From an uncultured Ramlibacter sp. (GTDB lineage Bacteria; Pseudomonadota; Gammaproteobacteria; Burkholderiales; Burkholderiaceae_C): DNA of 51,333 bases. The stretch lies in contig CAZUJD010000001.1 in the NCBI GenBank assembly GCA_964620025.1, positions 1-51,333 on the forward strand, written 5' to 3'. A model generated the notes under the pieces. The model worked only from the letters and a program-made list of their open reading frames with translations, searched no databases and was not told the origin of the DNA. Of the stretch, positions 1 through 9,792 are shown one piece after another (positions within the stretch are counted from its first letter, which is position 1; each line of letters opens with the position of its first letter). Made by a program: the position numbers and the translations under genes.

Positions 1-56
1 CCGCACCTGCACCTGCACCTGCACCTGCACCTGCACCTGCACCTGCACCTGCACCA
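1..56 (+). repeat. Tandem hexanucleotide repeat (GCACCT)n: 8 perfect units (3-50) plus one variant unit GCACCA (51-56). It runs off the left window edge.
   Basis: Read directly from bases 1-60. In frame 3 it encodes (Ala-Pro)n. Confidence 0.95.
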
Positions 57-308
57 AACGACGGCAACAACCCAGTCCCACCCGGAGGCAACGCCGTTAC
101 ACCAACACCTGCGTCAGTTGGCGGCACTGCACAGGAACCCACTGAGTTGGTGCGCTACCTGCCTGCCGGCAGCAGCTTTCTGGGCAGCTGGACTTTTGTG
201 GGGCCCATGACATTGCAGTCCTTGCAGCTGCAAACGCCGGGGGCGCCTGCACAAAGTACCGAAGGCTGTATCGCCGGCAGTACCGACGGCTCACGCAACT
301 GCAACTAA
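3..308 (+). CDS. 3' end of a CDS (5' truncated by the window): (Ala-Pro)n linker followed by an ~80-aa C-terminal segment ending ...EGCIAGSTDGSRNCN*
   Basis: Frame 3 is open from base 3 to TAA at 306-308. It is absent from the ORF track only because it has no start codon in the window. Third-position GC is lower than in neighbouring genes, so reality and origin are uncertain. Confidence 0.5.
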   Translation, partial: APAPAPAPAPAPAPAPAPNDGNNPVPPGGNAVTPTPASVGGTAQEPTELVRYLPAGSSFLGSWTFVGPMTLQSLQLQTPGAPAQSTEGCIAGSTDGSRNCN

Positions 309-450
309 AGTTTCGCAGCCCGTCTGCGGGCACAGAGTTCGCTTCAGGACAGCGGGTAGCGGCGTTTTTGCGGATAAGCTAGAGGCATAAAAACAGTCGC
401 TGGCGTGTACCCGGGGATGCTGTCCAAGCCCGCGACCTTTAGCCTGAAAC

Positions 451-1401
451 ATGAGTCTTTTCCTGCTCAAGCGCCTCATCACCTTGATCGTCACCCTGAT
501 CGGGGCCTCTGTGGTGGTGTTCATGGTGCTCGAAATCCTGCCCGGCAACGCCGCGCAGATCCTGATGGGCCCCGACGCCACCCCTGACGCGGTAGCGGCC
601 CTGGCCACCAAACTGGGCCTGGACCAACCTGCGTCCCAGCGCTACTGGGAATGGGTCTCCGGCCTGCTCAGCGGTGACCTGGGTATCAGCTACGCGTACA
701 GCACTCCTGTATCCGAACTGGTGCTGGAGCGCCTGACGGTGACCGTGCCACTGGCTTTCATGGCCATGACCATCACCACGGCATTGGCACTCACCGCCGG
801 CATCTATGCCGCCGCACGGCACAACAAGCTGGGCGATGTTGGCCTGATGGGCCTGACCCAGGTGGGCATTGCCATCCCGAACTTCTGGTTTGCCATCCTG
901 CTGATCCTGCTGTTCTCGGTGCACCTCAAATGGTTCTCTGCAGGTGGCTTTCCCGGCTGGGAAGACGGCATCAGCGGTGGCTTCATGGCACTGCTGCTGC
1001 CGGCCATTTCGCTGGCCGTCGTGCAGGCAGCGATCCTTGCGCGCATCACGCGGTCGGCCGTGCTCGAAGTGCTTCGGGAAGACTTTGTGCGTACTGCACG
1101 GGCCAAGGGCCTGTCGCAGCGTGCCACACTGTGGGGCCATGTGCTGCGCAATGCGCTGATTCCCGTCATCACTGTCATGGGCCTGCAGTTCGCCGAGCTG
1201 CTGGCCGGCACCATCGTGGTGGAAAACGTGTTTTACCTGCCGGGCCTTGGGCGGCTGATCTTCCAGTCCATTTCCAACCGCGACGTGATCGTGGTGCGCA
1301 ACTGCGTGATGCTGCTCGCAGCCATGGTGGTCATCGTCAACTTCATTGTGGATGTGCTGTACGCCGTGATAGACCCGCGTGTGAAAGCCAGCGACATATG
1401 A
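451..1401 (+). CDS. ABC transporter permease, DppB/OppB type (peptide/nickel family)
   Basis: 316 aa, multi-TM. N-terminus LKRLITLIVTLIGASVVVFMVLEILPG is typical of this permease family. It is the first of five contiguous ABC genes. Confidence 0.9.
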   Translation: MSLFLLKRLITLIVTLIGASVVVFMVLEILPGNAAQILMGPDATPDAVAALATKLGLDQPASQRYWEWVSGLLSGDLGISYAYSTPVSELVLERLTVTVPLAFMAMTITTALALTAGIYAAARHNKLGDVGLMGLTQVGIAIPNFWFAILLILLFSVHLKWFSAGGFPGWEDGISGGFMALLLPAISLAVVQAAILARITRSAVLEVLREDFVRTARAKGLSQRATLWGHVLRNALIPVITVMGLQFAELLAGTIVVENVFYLPGLGRLIFQSISNRDVIVVRNCVMLLAAMVVIVNFIVDVLYAVIDPRVKASDI

Positions 1402-1504
1402 AGATGCACCCCCGAAGCAGGCTGCGCCTGCCTCCCCCTCAAGGGGGCGCCAGCAGCGGCCCGGCGAACCCGGTTCCACGCTGGCCCTTGACGAAGGTCC
1501 CTGC

Positions 1505-2353
1505 ATGACCACAACAGCTCCTGGCTTCTGGAGACGGGCCCTCGGCCATCGCGCCTTTGTGATTGGCGCAGTGCTGACCATCCTGCTGGCCGCCATGGCC
1601 GCCCTGTCCCTGGTGTGGACGCCGGGCTCCCCCTACGACGTGGAGATGTCCAAAAAGCTGCTGCCCCCGGGCGCGCAGCACTGGCTGGGCACTGACCCTT
1701 ATGGACGCGACGTGGCTTCGCTGCTGCTGGTGGGGGCGCGCGCGTCCATCCTGGTGGGTGTGATCGCGGTGGGCATAGGCCTGGTGGCGGGCACGGCGCT
1801 GGGCCTGCTGGCTGCCGCGCGCAGGGGGTGGGTCGAGGAACTCATCATGCGGCTGTCCGATTTCAGCTTCGCGTTCCCGGCCATCCTGTCGGCCATCATG
1901 ATGACGGCCGTATTTGGCGCGGGCATTGTCAATGCCATCATCGCCATTGGCATCTACAACATACCCACGTTTGCGCGCATCACCCGCGCATCGGCCAACG
2001 CCATCTGGTCTCGTGAATTCGTGCTGGCCGCGCGCGCCTGCGGCAAGGGCGCCTTCAGCATCACCATGGAGCACGTGCTGCCCAACATCGCGTCGGTACT
2101 CATTGTGCAGGCCACGATCCGATTCGCCATTGCCATCCTGGCCGAGGCGGCACTGTCCTACCTGGGCCTGGGTACCCAGCCACCGCAGCCGTCCTGGGGG
2201 CGCATGCTGAGCGAGGCGCAAACCCTGATGTTCCAGGCACCACTGCTGGCGGTGTTTCCGGGCATGGCCATCGCGCTGGCGGTTCTGGGCCTGAACCTGC
2301 TGGGTGACGGCCTGCGCGACCTGCTGGACCCCCGCCTTGCGAGGAAACGCTGA
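1505..2353 (+). CDS. ABC transporter permease, DppC/OppC type
   Basis: 282 aa, multi-TM. GTDPYGRDV motif near the N-terminus is typical of DppC/OppC. It sits next to the partner permease. Confidence 0.9.
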   Translation: MTTTAPGFWRRALGHRAFVIGAVLTILLAAMAALSLVWTPGSPYDVEMSKKLLPPGAQHWLGTDPYGRDVASLLLVGARASILVGVIAVGIGLVAGTALGLLAAARRGWVEELIMRLSDFSFAFPAILSAIMMTAVFGAGIVNAIIAIGIYNIPTFARITRASANAIWSREFVLAARACGKGAFSITMEHVLPNIASVLIVQATIRFAIAILAEAALSYLGLGTQPPQPSWGRMLSEAQTLMFQAPLLAVFPGMAIALAVLGLNLLGDGLRDLLDPRLARKR

Positions 2354-3348
2354 TGGCATTGCTTGAAGTCAACGACCTGCACGTGCGCCTGCAGACACAG
2401 CGCGGCCCGGCCGAGGCCGTGCGCGGGGTGAGCTTTTCACTGGAGCGCGGCGAAACGCTGGGCCTCATCGGCGAATCAGGCTGCGGCAAATCCATCACCG
2501 TCATGTCGCTCATGGGCCTGTTGCCCGAAAGCGCACGCATCACCGGAAGCATCCGCTTTGACGGCGAAGAGCTGGTGGGGAAGAAAGACAACGATTTGTG
2601 CCGCATCCGGGGCAACCGCATCGGCATGATTTTCCAGGAACCCATGACGGCACTGAACCCGGTGCACAGCATCGGCCGCCAGGTGGCCGAGCCGCTGCGC
2701 CTGCACCGCGGCGTATCGCCGGCTGAAGCCCGCAAGCAGGCCATCGCCCTGCTGGACCGCGTAGGCATCCCCGACGCAGCGCGGCGCATCGACGCCTATC
2801 CTCACCAGTTCTCCGGCGGACAGCGCCAGCGCATCACGATTGCCATGGCCCTGGCCTGCAGCCCCGACCTGCTGATCGCCGACGAGCCCACCACCGCACT
2901 GGACGTGACCATCCAGCAGCAGATCCTGGACCTGATCAGCGAGCTGGTGGCCGAGCGGGGCATGGCCCTGATGCTGATCTCGCATGACCTTGGCGTGATC
3001 GCGCAGAACGTGGACCGCATGCTGGTCATGTACGGTGGCAGCGTGGTGGAAAGCGGGCCCACGGACACCGTGTTCGCCCACAAGATGCACCCGTACTCGC
3101 GCGGCCTGTTTGGTGCCCGGCCCAGCCTGGGTTCGGCCCGGGGCCAGCGTCTGGTCACCATTGCCGGCACCGTTCCCGAACTGGTGGACCTGCCAGCCGG
3201 CTGCCCGTTCGCGGGGCGCTGCCGCCATACCGCGGCCGACTGCCACACCACAGCGCCGCAGGCCATCGATGTCGGCGACGATCACCAGGTTCGCTGCATC
3301 CGGCTTGACGCCGTTGAGGCCGAACTGCAGGCGGAGGTAGCCCCATGA
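2353..3348 (+). CDS. ABC transporter ATP-binding protein, DppD/OppD type
   Basis: Walker A GESGCGKS, signature FSGGQRQR, Walker [14 protein letters not shown]-terminal Cys-containing oligopeptide-type extension (CPFAGRC). The start overlaps the upstream stop by 1 nt. Confidence 0.92.
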   Translation: MALLEVNDLHVRLQTQRGPAEAVRGVSFSLERGETLGLIGESGCGKSITVMSLMGLLPESARITGSIRFDGEELVGKKDNDLCRIRGNRIGMIFQEPMTALNPVHSIGRQVAEPLRLHRGVSPAEARKQAIALLDRVGIPDAARRIDAYPHQFSGGQRQRITIAMALACSPDLLIADEPTTALDVTIQQQILDLISELVAERGMALMLISHDLGVIAQNVDRMLVMYGGSVVESGPTDTVFAHKMHPYSRGLFGARPSLGSARGQRLVTIAGTVPELVDLPAGCPFAGRCRHTAADCHTTAPQAIDVGDDHQVRCIRLDAVEAELQAEVAP

Positions 3349-4214
3349 ACGCGCCGCTCCTGCAGGTGAGCGATCTGGTGCGCGAATACCAGATGCCACG
3401 CGAAAAACTCTTTGGTCCGCCGCCTGTGGTCAAGGCGCTCAACGGCGTGAGCTTCACGATCAAGGCCGGGCGCAGCCTGGGTATCGTTGGCGAGTCGGGT
3501 TCCGGCAAGTCAACTCTGGCACGGCTGGTGATGGCACTGGACAAGCCCACCACCGGCCATGTCAGCATGCTGGGCCGTGACCTTCACGCGCTGGGCCCGC
3601 AGGAGCTGCGCGCTGCACGGCGCGACTTCCAGATGGTGTTCCAGGATCCCTATGGGTCGCTGGACCCTCGCCAGACCGTAGAGCGCATTGTGAGCGAACC
3701 CCTGGCAGCGCAGGGCGACACCACACGCGCCGACCAGCGCAAGCGCGCCGGTGAGGTCCTGTCGTCCGTGGGCCTGCGCGCCAGCGACCTGGACAAATAC
3801 CCGCATGAATTCTCCGGCGGCCAGCGCCAGCGCATTGCCATCGCGCGTGCGCTCATCACCCGTCCACGCCTGATCGTGGCGGACGAACCCGTGAGCGCGC
3901 TGGACGTGTCCGTACAGGCCCAGGTGCTGAACCTCATGCAGGACCTGCAGGCCGAATTCGGCGTGACCTACATGCTCATCAGCCACGACCTGGCCGTGGT
4001 GCACCACCTGTGCCATGAGGTCGCCGTGCTCTGGCAGGGCCGTATCGTCGAGCAGGGCCCGCCCGAACGCCTGTTCAGTGCCGCTGAACACCCCTACACG
4101 CGGGCACTGCTGGACGCTGTGCCGCAGGCGCAGCCCGGGCGCAACCGGCGGCGCCAAAGCACTTTCGGCAATGAGCAAATCCCGCTTGCGCAATCCGCGC
4201 CATCTCGCGGATGA
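3345..4214 (+). CDS. ABC transporter ATP-binding protein, DppF/OppF type
   Basis: Walker [33 protein letters not shown] overlap with the upstream gene. Confidence 0.92.
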   Translation: MNAPLLQVSDLVREYQMPREKLFGPPPVVKALNGVSFTIKAGRSLGIVGESGSGKSTLARLVMALDKPTTGHVSMLGRDLHALGPQELRAARRDFQMVFQDPYGSLDPRQTVERIVSEPLAAQGDTTRADQRKRAGEVLSSVGLRASDLDKYPHEFSGGQRQRIAIARALITRPRLIVADEPVSALDVSVQAQVLNLMQDLQAEFGVTYMLISHDLAVVHHLCHEVAVLWQGRIVEQGPPERLFSAAEHPYTRALLDAVPQAQPGRNRRRQSTFGNEQIPLAQSAPSRG

Positions 4215-4257
4215 TGTTGAACCTTTCCTGTTGGCCTTTTCCCCTTGGAGTGAAATC

Positions 4258-5745
4258 ATGCTGAACCGTCGCACCCTGCTGTCCACCGCTGCCCTGGCCT
4301 CCGTGCCGCTGGCTCTGCCCCAGGGCGCCCTGGCGCAGAGCAAAAAAGACGCCATCGTGCTGGCCATGGCGCTCGAGCCCGTGGGTCTGGACCCGACAGC
4401 CGCAGCCGCTTCGTCCATTGGCGAAGTCACGCTCTACAACATCTATGAAACCCTGACCAAGATCAATCCCGACGGCAGCGTCACGCCGCTGCTGGCCGAG
4501 AGCTGGGAGGTCTCGCCCGACCTGCGCACCTACACCTTCAAGCTGCGCAAGGGCGTGAAGTTCCAGAACGGCGAGCCGTTCAATGCCCAGGCCGTGAAGT
4601 TTTCGTTCGACCGTGCAGGCGGCGAAAAAAGCACCAACAAGGACAAGCGCACGTTTGCCGCCATCACCACCCAGGTGGTAGACGACGCCACCGTGGTGCT
4701 GCTGACCAAGGAAATCGACCCTGACTTCCTCTTCCTCATGGGCCAGGCTACCGCCATCATCGTGGAACCCAAGAGTGCGGACGGCAACGCCACCAAGCCG
4801 GTGGGTACCGGCCCCTACAAGCTGGACAACTGGGTCAAGGGTTCGTCCGTGGCGCTGAGCAAATGGGACGGCCACCGCAGTGCCGCCAGCCTGAAGATCA
4901 AGCGTGCCACCTTCCGCTTCATTGCCGACCCGGCTGCCCAGGTAGCGGCCTTGCTGGCCGGCGACGTGGACGCATTCCCGCGTGTCACGCCCCGCAGCGT
5001 GCCGCAGTTCAAGACCAACCCGAAGTTCCAGGTCATGGCCAGCGGCTCACGCGCCAAGACCATCCTGGCGCTCAACAACAAGAAGAAGCCGCTGGACGAT
5101 GTTCGCGTGCGTCGCGCCATCAACATGGCCATCGACCGCAAGGCCGTGATCCAGGGCGCAGGCGACGGCTACGGCTCACCCATCGGCAGCTACTATGTGC
5201 CCAGCGCCCCGGGCTATGTGGATCTGACCAAGGTCAATGCCTACGACCCCGACAAGGCCCGTGCCCTGCTCAAGGAAGCCGGTGTTTCCAACCTTGAACT
5301 GACCATCACGCTGCCGCCCCCGCCCTATGCACGCCAGGGCGGCGAAGTGATCGCCTCCATGCTCGACAAGGTGGGTATCAAGACCAAGCTGCAGAACGTC
5401 GAGTGGGCCCAGTGGCTGTCCGGCACCTACGGCAACAAGAACTACGACATGACCATCATCTCGCACGTGGAGCCGTTTGACCTGGGCAACTTCTCGCGCC
5501 CCGGCTACTACTGGAACTACGAGTCCACCAAGTTCAATGCCCTGTACGACAAGTACAAGCAGACCGCCAACGCAGCCGAGCGCAACAAGATCCTGGCCGA
5601 CATCCAGCGCCTGGTAGCCGATGATGCCGTGCACGGCTACCTGTACCAGCCCCAGTGGGTCACGGTGGCCAACAAGAACGTCAAGGGCCTGTGGGCCAAC
5701 ATGCCCATCTTCGTGAACGACCTGTCGACCATGTCGTGGGCGTGA
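4258..5745 (+). CDS. ABC transporter substrate-binding protein, family 5 (peptide/nickel type)
   Basis: Start moved to ATG 4258 inside ORF 4015-5745. This gives the signal peptide MLNRRTLLSTAALASVPLALPQGALAQ. Length and composition fit a periplasmic SBP. Confidence 0.85.
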   Translation: MLNRRTLLSTAALASVPLALPQGALAQSKKDAIVLAMALEPVGLDPTAAAASSIGEVTLYNIYETLTKINPDGSVTPLLAESWEVSPDLRTYTFKLRKGVKFQNGEPFNAQAVKFSFDRAGGEKSTNKDKRTFAAITTQVVDDATVVLLTKEIDPDFLFLMGQATAIIVEPKSADGNATKPVGTGPYKLDNWVKGSSVALSKWDGHRSAASLKIKRATFRFIADPAAQVAALLAGDVDAFPRVTPRSVPQFKTNPKFQVMASGSRAKTILALNNKKKPLDDVRVRRAINMAIDRKAVIQGAGDGYGSPIGSYYVPSAPGYVDLTKVNAYDPDKARALLKEAGVSNLELTITLPPPPYARQGGEVIASMLDKVGIKTKLQNVEWAQWLSGTYGNKNYDMTIISHVEPFDLGNFSRPGYYWNYESTKFNALYDKYKQTANAAERNKILADIQRLVADDAVHGYLYQPQWVTVANKNVKGLWANMPIFVNDLSTMSWA

Positions 5746-5770
5746 ACCTGAAAAGAGTGGCCCTCCTACC

Positions 5771-7192
5771 TTGACAGCGCTGCATGAACTGTCCGCCACC
5801 GAACTGGCGGACGCGTACCGAAGAGGCACCGTCTCACCCGTCGATGTGACCCAGTCCGTGCTGGGCCACATCGAGCGCTGGGAACCCCACCTGTGTGCCA
5901 CCTACCTGTTCCGTCCTGAACTCGCCCTGGCCCAGGCCCGCGCGTCCGAGGCGCGCTGGCTGCGCGGCGCGCCGCTGTCGGCGCTGGACGGTGTTCCTGT
6001 CACGCTCAAGGACAACATCGCCACACAGGGTGACCCCATGCCGCTGGGAACAGCCGCAGTGGATCCCCAGCCGATGGCGGCAGACGCACCGGCTGCTGCA
6101 CGGCTGCGCGAAGCAGGGGCGGTGACCATCACCAAGACCACCATGCCCGACTACGGCATGTTGTCATCGGGACTGTCCAGCGTTCACGCCCTGGCGCGCA
6201 ACCCCTGGGACCTGACATGCACCCCGGGCGGCTCCAGCGCCGGCGCCGGTGCGGCCGCTGCTGCCGGCTACGGACCGCTGCATCTGGGCACCGACATCGG
6301 CGGATCCATCCGCCTGCCAGCCGGCTGGTGCGGCGTTTTCGGCCTCAAGCCCAGCCTGGGCCGCGTTCCGATCGACCCGCCCTACACCGGGCGCGCCGCC
6401 GGCCCCATGACGCGCAGCGTGGCCGACGCCGCAGCCATGATGGCCGCACTGTCGCTGCCCGATACGCGTGACACCATGAGCCTGCCCTACCAGGCGATTG
6501 ACTGGCACCGCTTTGACGCCGGCGTCGAAAAGCTCAAGGGCCTGCGCATCGGTCTGCTGCTGGACGCTGGCTGCGGCCTGCCGGTGGAACCCGACGTGCT
6601 GGCTGCCGTGCAACGCGCCGCAGACCTGTTCACGCAAGCCGGTGCCGTGGTGCAGTCCATGGCGCCCTTTTTTACGCGCGAAATGCTGGACGGCATGGAC
6701 CATTTCTGGCGCATGCGCTCGCATGTGGACATGAACGCCCTGCCTCCAGACCGCAAGGCCAGGGTACTGCCCTACATCCAGGCCTGGGCCGACAGCGCGC
6801 ATGGCATGAGTGGCGAAGCCGTGTTCCGCGCCCAGCACCAGTTCTATCTGACGCGGCTGGCCACGGTGAAGGCCTGCGCTGCGTTTGACTACGTGATCTC
6901 GCCCACCTCTCCTGTCCCTGCGTTTGCGGCCGAGTTGCCGTCACCGACCAACGACCCGCTGCGCCCGCTGGAGCACATCGCCTTCACGGTACCGTTCAAC
7001 ATGTCTGAGCAGCCCGCGGCATCCATCAACTGTGGCTACACCACCGGCGGCCTGCCCATCGGGCTGCAGATCGCGGGCCCGCGCTTTGACGATCTGGGCG
7101 TGCTGCAGGTGTCGCGCGCATTCGAGCTGATCCGCGATGCGCAACGCACCTGGCCGCAGCCGCCGTCCGGGGCGGTGCAACACGTGGACTGA
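5771..7192 (+). CDS. Amidase (amidase-signature family)
   Basis: 473 aa with the Gly/Ser-rich signature GGSSAGAGAAAAAG and DIGGSIR. TTG start as in the ORF track. Confidence 0.88.
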   Translation: MTALHELSATELADAYRRGTVSPVDVTQSVLGHIERWEPHLCATYLFRPELALAQARASEARWLRGAPLSALDGVPVTLKDNIATQGDPMPLGTAAVDPQPMAADAPAAARLREAGAVTITKTTMPDYGMLSSGLSSVHALARNPWDLTCTPGGSSAGAGAAAAAGYGPLHLGTDIGGSIRLPAGWCGVFGLKPSLGRVPIDPPYTGRAAGPMTRSVADAAAMMAALSLPDTRDTMSLPYQAIDWHRFDAGVEKLKGLRIGLLLDAGCGLPVEPDVLAAVQRAADLFTQAGAVVQSMAPFFTREMLDGMDHFWRMRSHVDMNALPPDRKARVLPYIQAWADSAHGMSGEAVFRAQHQFYLTRLATVKACAAFDYVISPTSPVPAFAAELPSPTNDPLRPLEHIAFTVPFNMSEQPAASINCGYTTGGLPIGLQIAGPRFDDLGVLQVSRAFELIRDAQRTWPQPPSGAVQHVD

Positions 7193-7194
7193 CC

Positions 7195-8523
7195 GTGCTG
7201 ACGGACAGTCTTGGCAACAGCGTCACGCTGCAACATGCGGCCAGCCTCGCAGCGCTCAACGATTTTGTAGAAGGCTTCATCGCCAGCGAGGCGCGCGCCA
7301 TTGCGCCACTGGCTTTTGCTGATTCCGACAACAGTCCCCTCATGCAGGCCTGCTGCGCGGCGCTGCACATGTTTGCCGAATCGCCTGACGCTGCGGACAA
7401 TGCGCGCCCTTACATCAAGCATGCGCTGGCATCACCCATCGCCGCCACGCCACGCGAGCAGCGTTTCGTGCAGGCCGTCAAAGCCTGGGTTGACGGCGAC
7501 ATTCCGCGTGCCATTGCGTTGCATGAAGAACAGGCCCGCGAACATCCGCGCGACCTGGCCTCACTCAAGCTGGGGCAGTACCACCTGTTCAACCGGGGTG
7601 ATTCGCCGGGCATGTTGCGCATGGCGCTGGCGGCGTTGCAGGCTGCGGGCGATGTGCCCTACCTTCACGGCATGCTGGCCTTCGCCTGGGAGCAATGCCA
7701 TCTGCTGGCGCAGGCCGAGGCCGCCGCACGACACGCCATCCACCTGCTGCGCAAGGAACCCTGGGCCCACCATGCGCTGGCCCACGTGATGCTCACGCAG
7801 GGTCGTATCCGTGAAGGCCGGGCTTTCCTGGCGGATGTCAGCGACACCTGGACGGGACTCAACTCGTTCATGGTCACGCACAACTGGTGGCACCAGGCGC
7901 TGTTTGCGCTGGAGCTTGACGACCACGCCGAAGTGCTGCGCCTGTACGACACGCAGGTATGGGGGGTGGTCAAGGACTACTCACAGGACCAGATCAACGC
8001 TGTGTCGCTGCTGGCGCGGCTGGAGCTGGCCGGCGTGGACGTGGGCGACCGCTGGCAGGACATCGGCGGGCACCTGGCCGCGCGCACAGCCGATCACGTG
8101 CTCCCGTTCCTGGACATGCAGTACCTGTACGGGCTGGCCCGCGCGGGCCGGCCCGAGGCCGATGTGCTGATGCGCAACATCGAAGCCCATGCGGTCAAGG
8201 CATTGCCCGACGACCGCGGCGCCTGGCAGCACGTGGCCCTGAATGCCAGCCGCGGCCTGCTGGCCCACGCACGCGGCGACTGGTCGCATGCGGTGGATGC
8301 GCTGGGCCAGGCCTTGCCCCGCCTGGTGGAAATCGGTGGCAGCCATGCGCAACGCGACCTGTTCGCGCAGGTGCACCTGGACGCACTGGTGCGCAGCGGC
8401 CGGCTGAGCGGCGCGCAGCACCTGTTGCAGCAGGCTGTCAACAGCCAGCCCGAGTCCCGGCGCCTGAAGCGCCAGGCCGCGCAGGTGTATGCCGCGCTGG
8501 GATTGAAGGAGATCACTCCATGA
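7195..8523 (+). CDS. TTC38-like tetratricopeptide-repeat protein, function unknown
   Basis: 442 aa, helical-repeat composition. Resemblance to the TTC38 family is from memory. GTG start 2 nt after the amidase stop. Confidence 0.6.
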   Translation: MLTDSLGNSVTLQHAASLAALNDFVEGFIASEARAIAPLAFADSDNSPLMQACCAALHMFAESPDAADNARPYIKHALASPIAATPREQRFVQAVKAWVDGDIPRAIALHEEQAREHPRDLASLKLGQYHLFNRGDSPGMLRMALAALQAAGDVPYLHGMLAFAWEQCHLLAQAEAAARHAIHLLRKEPWAHHALAHVMLTQGRIREGRAFLADVSDTWTGLNSFMVTHNWWHQALFALELDDHAEVLRLYDTQVWGVVKDYSQDQINAVSLLARLELAGVDVGDRWQDIGGHLAARTADHVLPFLDMQYLYGLARAGRPEADVLMRNIEAHAVKALPDDRGAWQHVALNASRGLLAHARGDWSHAVDALGQALPRLVEIGGSHAQRDLFAQVHLDALVRSGRLSGAQHLLQQAVNSQPESRRLKRQAAQVYAALGLKEITP

Positions 8524-9230
8524 GCCCGGCCCGCCCGACGCTGGTGCTGCTGCCCGGCCTGGCTGCCGACGCCGTGATGTGGCGTGCCCAGATCGAAGCG
8601 CTGGCAGACCCCTGGCAGCCCCGGGTGGCCGATGTGAACAGCCACTACGACACCATTGAAGCCATGGCCGCCGCGCTGCTGGCACAGCACGCGGGCGAGA
8701 TGGTGCTGTGCGGCGCTTCCATGGGCGGCATCGTCGCCATGGAAGCGGCCCGCCAGGCGCCGCAGCGCATCCGCGCGCTGGCCTTGCTGGGCACCAATGC
8801 CCGGCCCGAGACGGACGACATGCGCATGTTGCGCGAAGGGGCGATCAGGCTGTTTGCACAGGGCCAGGTGCGGGAGGTGATTGAGCCCAACGTGGCGCTG
8901 GCATTTCACCCCGACCAGGCGGCGGATGCATCCCTGACCGGCGCCTACCTGGAGTTCGTGTTGCGCGCAGGTGCCGGGCAGCTCATCCGCCAGAACCGCG
9001 CCATCATGGCCCGTCCTGATGCACGCGTTCACCTGGCGCAACTGCGCTGCCCCACCCTGGTGATGTGCGGCGACGCCGACCAGCTGACGCCACCCGAGTG
9101 TTCACAGGAAATCGCAGCCCTCGTGCCCCATGCCCAGCTGGTCATGGTGCCGCGCTGCGGCCACATGCTGACGATGGAAAAACCTGAAGAAGTGAACGCC
9201 ACACTGCAGGCGTGGCTGCAAACCATCTGA
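8520..9230 (+). CDS. Alpha/beta-fold hydrolase
   Basis: Start at ATG 8520 (ATGA overlap with the upstream stop), giving MSPARPTLVLLPGLAADAVMW. Nucleophile elbow GASMGG and C-terminal RCGHMLTMEKPEEV are typical of the fold. Confidence 0.85.
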   Translation: MSPARPTLVLLPGLAADAVMWRAQIEALADPWQPRVADVNSHYDTIEAMAAALLAQHAGEMVLCGASMGGIVAMEAARQAPQRIRALALLGTNARPETDDMRMLREGAIRLFAQGQVREVIEPNVALAFHPDQAADASLTGAYLEFVLRAGAGQLIRQNRAIMARPDARVHLAQLRCPTLVMCGDADQLTPPECSQEIAALVPHAQLVMVPRCGHMLTMEKPEEVNATLQAWLQTI

Positions 9231-9240
9231 AGGAGCCGCG

Positions 9241-9744
9241 CTATTCGCGGCCCAGGCTGCGTACTTTTTCAGCCAGGCGTTGCTGGACTGAAGGCGACAC
9301 GAACTTGTCGACCTCACCGCCCAGCACGGCAATCTCGCGCACAAAGGTGCTACTGATGAACTGGAATTTGTCGCTGGGCGTGAGAAACACCGTTTCTACG
9401 TCTGGCATCAGGCTACGGTTCATGCCGGCCAGCTGAAACTCGTAATCAAAGTCGGTCACCGCGCGCAAGCCACGGACCATGGCCTTGCCGCCGCGGGCCA
9501 CGACAAAGTCGCGCAGCAGGCCTGAAAAGCTTTCGACCTCGACCTGCGGGTACTGACGCACGACCTCACGCGCCATCTCGATGCGCTCCTGCAGGGTGAA
9601 CATCGCTTTTTTGTGGTGCCCTGCAGCCACCGCCACGATCACGCGGTCAAACAGCTGCGTGGCACGGCGCACCACGTCCTCATGGCCCAGGGTCATGGGG
9701 TCGAAGGTGCCGGGGTACACGGCAATCACGTTATGGGCCATCAA
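9241..9744 (-). CDS. coaD: Phosphopantetheine adenylyltransferase
   Basis: 167 aa. [18 protein letters not shown] (T/HxGH nucleotidyltransferase motif) and an overall CoaD-like sequence. Confidence 0.95.
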   Translation of the reverse strand: MMAHNVIAVYPGTFDPMTLGHEDVVRRATQLFDRVIVAVAAGHHKKAMFTLQERIEMAREVVRQYPQVEVESFSGLLRDFVVARGGKAMVRGLRAVTDFDYEFQLAGMNRSLMPDVETVFLTPSDKFQFISSTFVREIAVLGGEVDKFVSPSVQQRLAEKVRSLGRE

Positions 9745-9792
9745 GTTCTCCTCTTGTGCGCCGGTCCAACGATATTTTTATGTTGCAGCGCA

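Noticed and set aside
1-56. Possible CRISPR array or telomere-like repeat at the window start.
   Set aside because: The 6-nt unit has no spacers. It is a simple microsatellite inside an open reading frame.
439-1596. Long antisense ORFs opposite recognised genes. Examples: 439-1596(-), 11762-13318(+), 33502-34767(-), 38478-40040(+), 42282-44504(-), 46974-48194(-), 20713-21789(+).
   Set aside because: They are typical shadow ORFs of high-GC DNA. Their translations are Arg/Gly/His/Gln-rich and lack any motif. The opposite strand carries clear family signatures (Walker motifs, HxxEH, CxxxxC, HTH, etc.).
4015-4257. N-terminal extensions of several ORF-track entries: 4015-4257, 7959-8519, 13923-14207, 17889-18143, 24749-24868, 29407-29994, 32128-32265, 36935-36997, 39951-40202, 44450-44518, 46893-46985.
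   Set aside because: The extensions overlap the preceding gene or have non-protein-like composition. Internal starts give signal peptides, RBSs or ATGA/TTGA coupling with the upstream stop.
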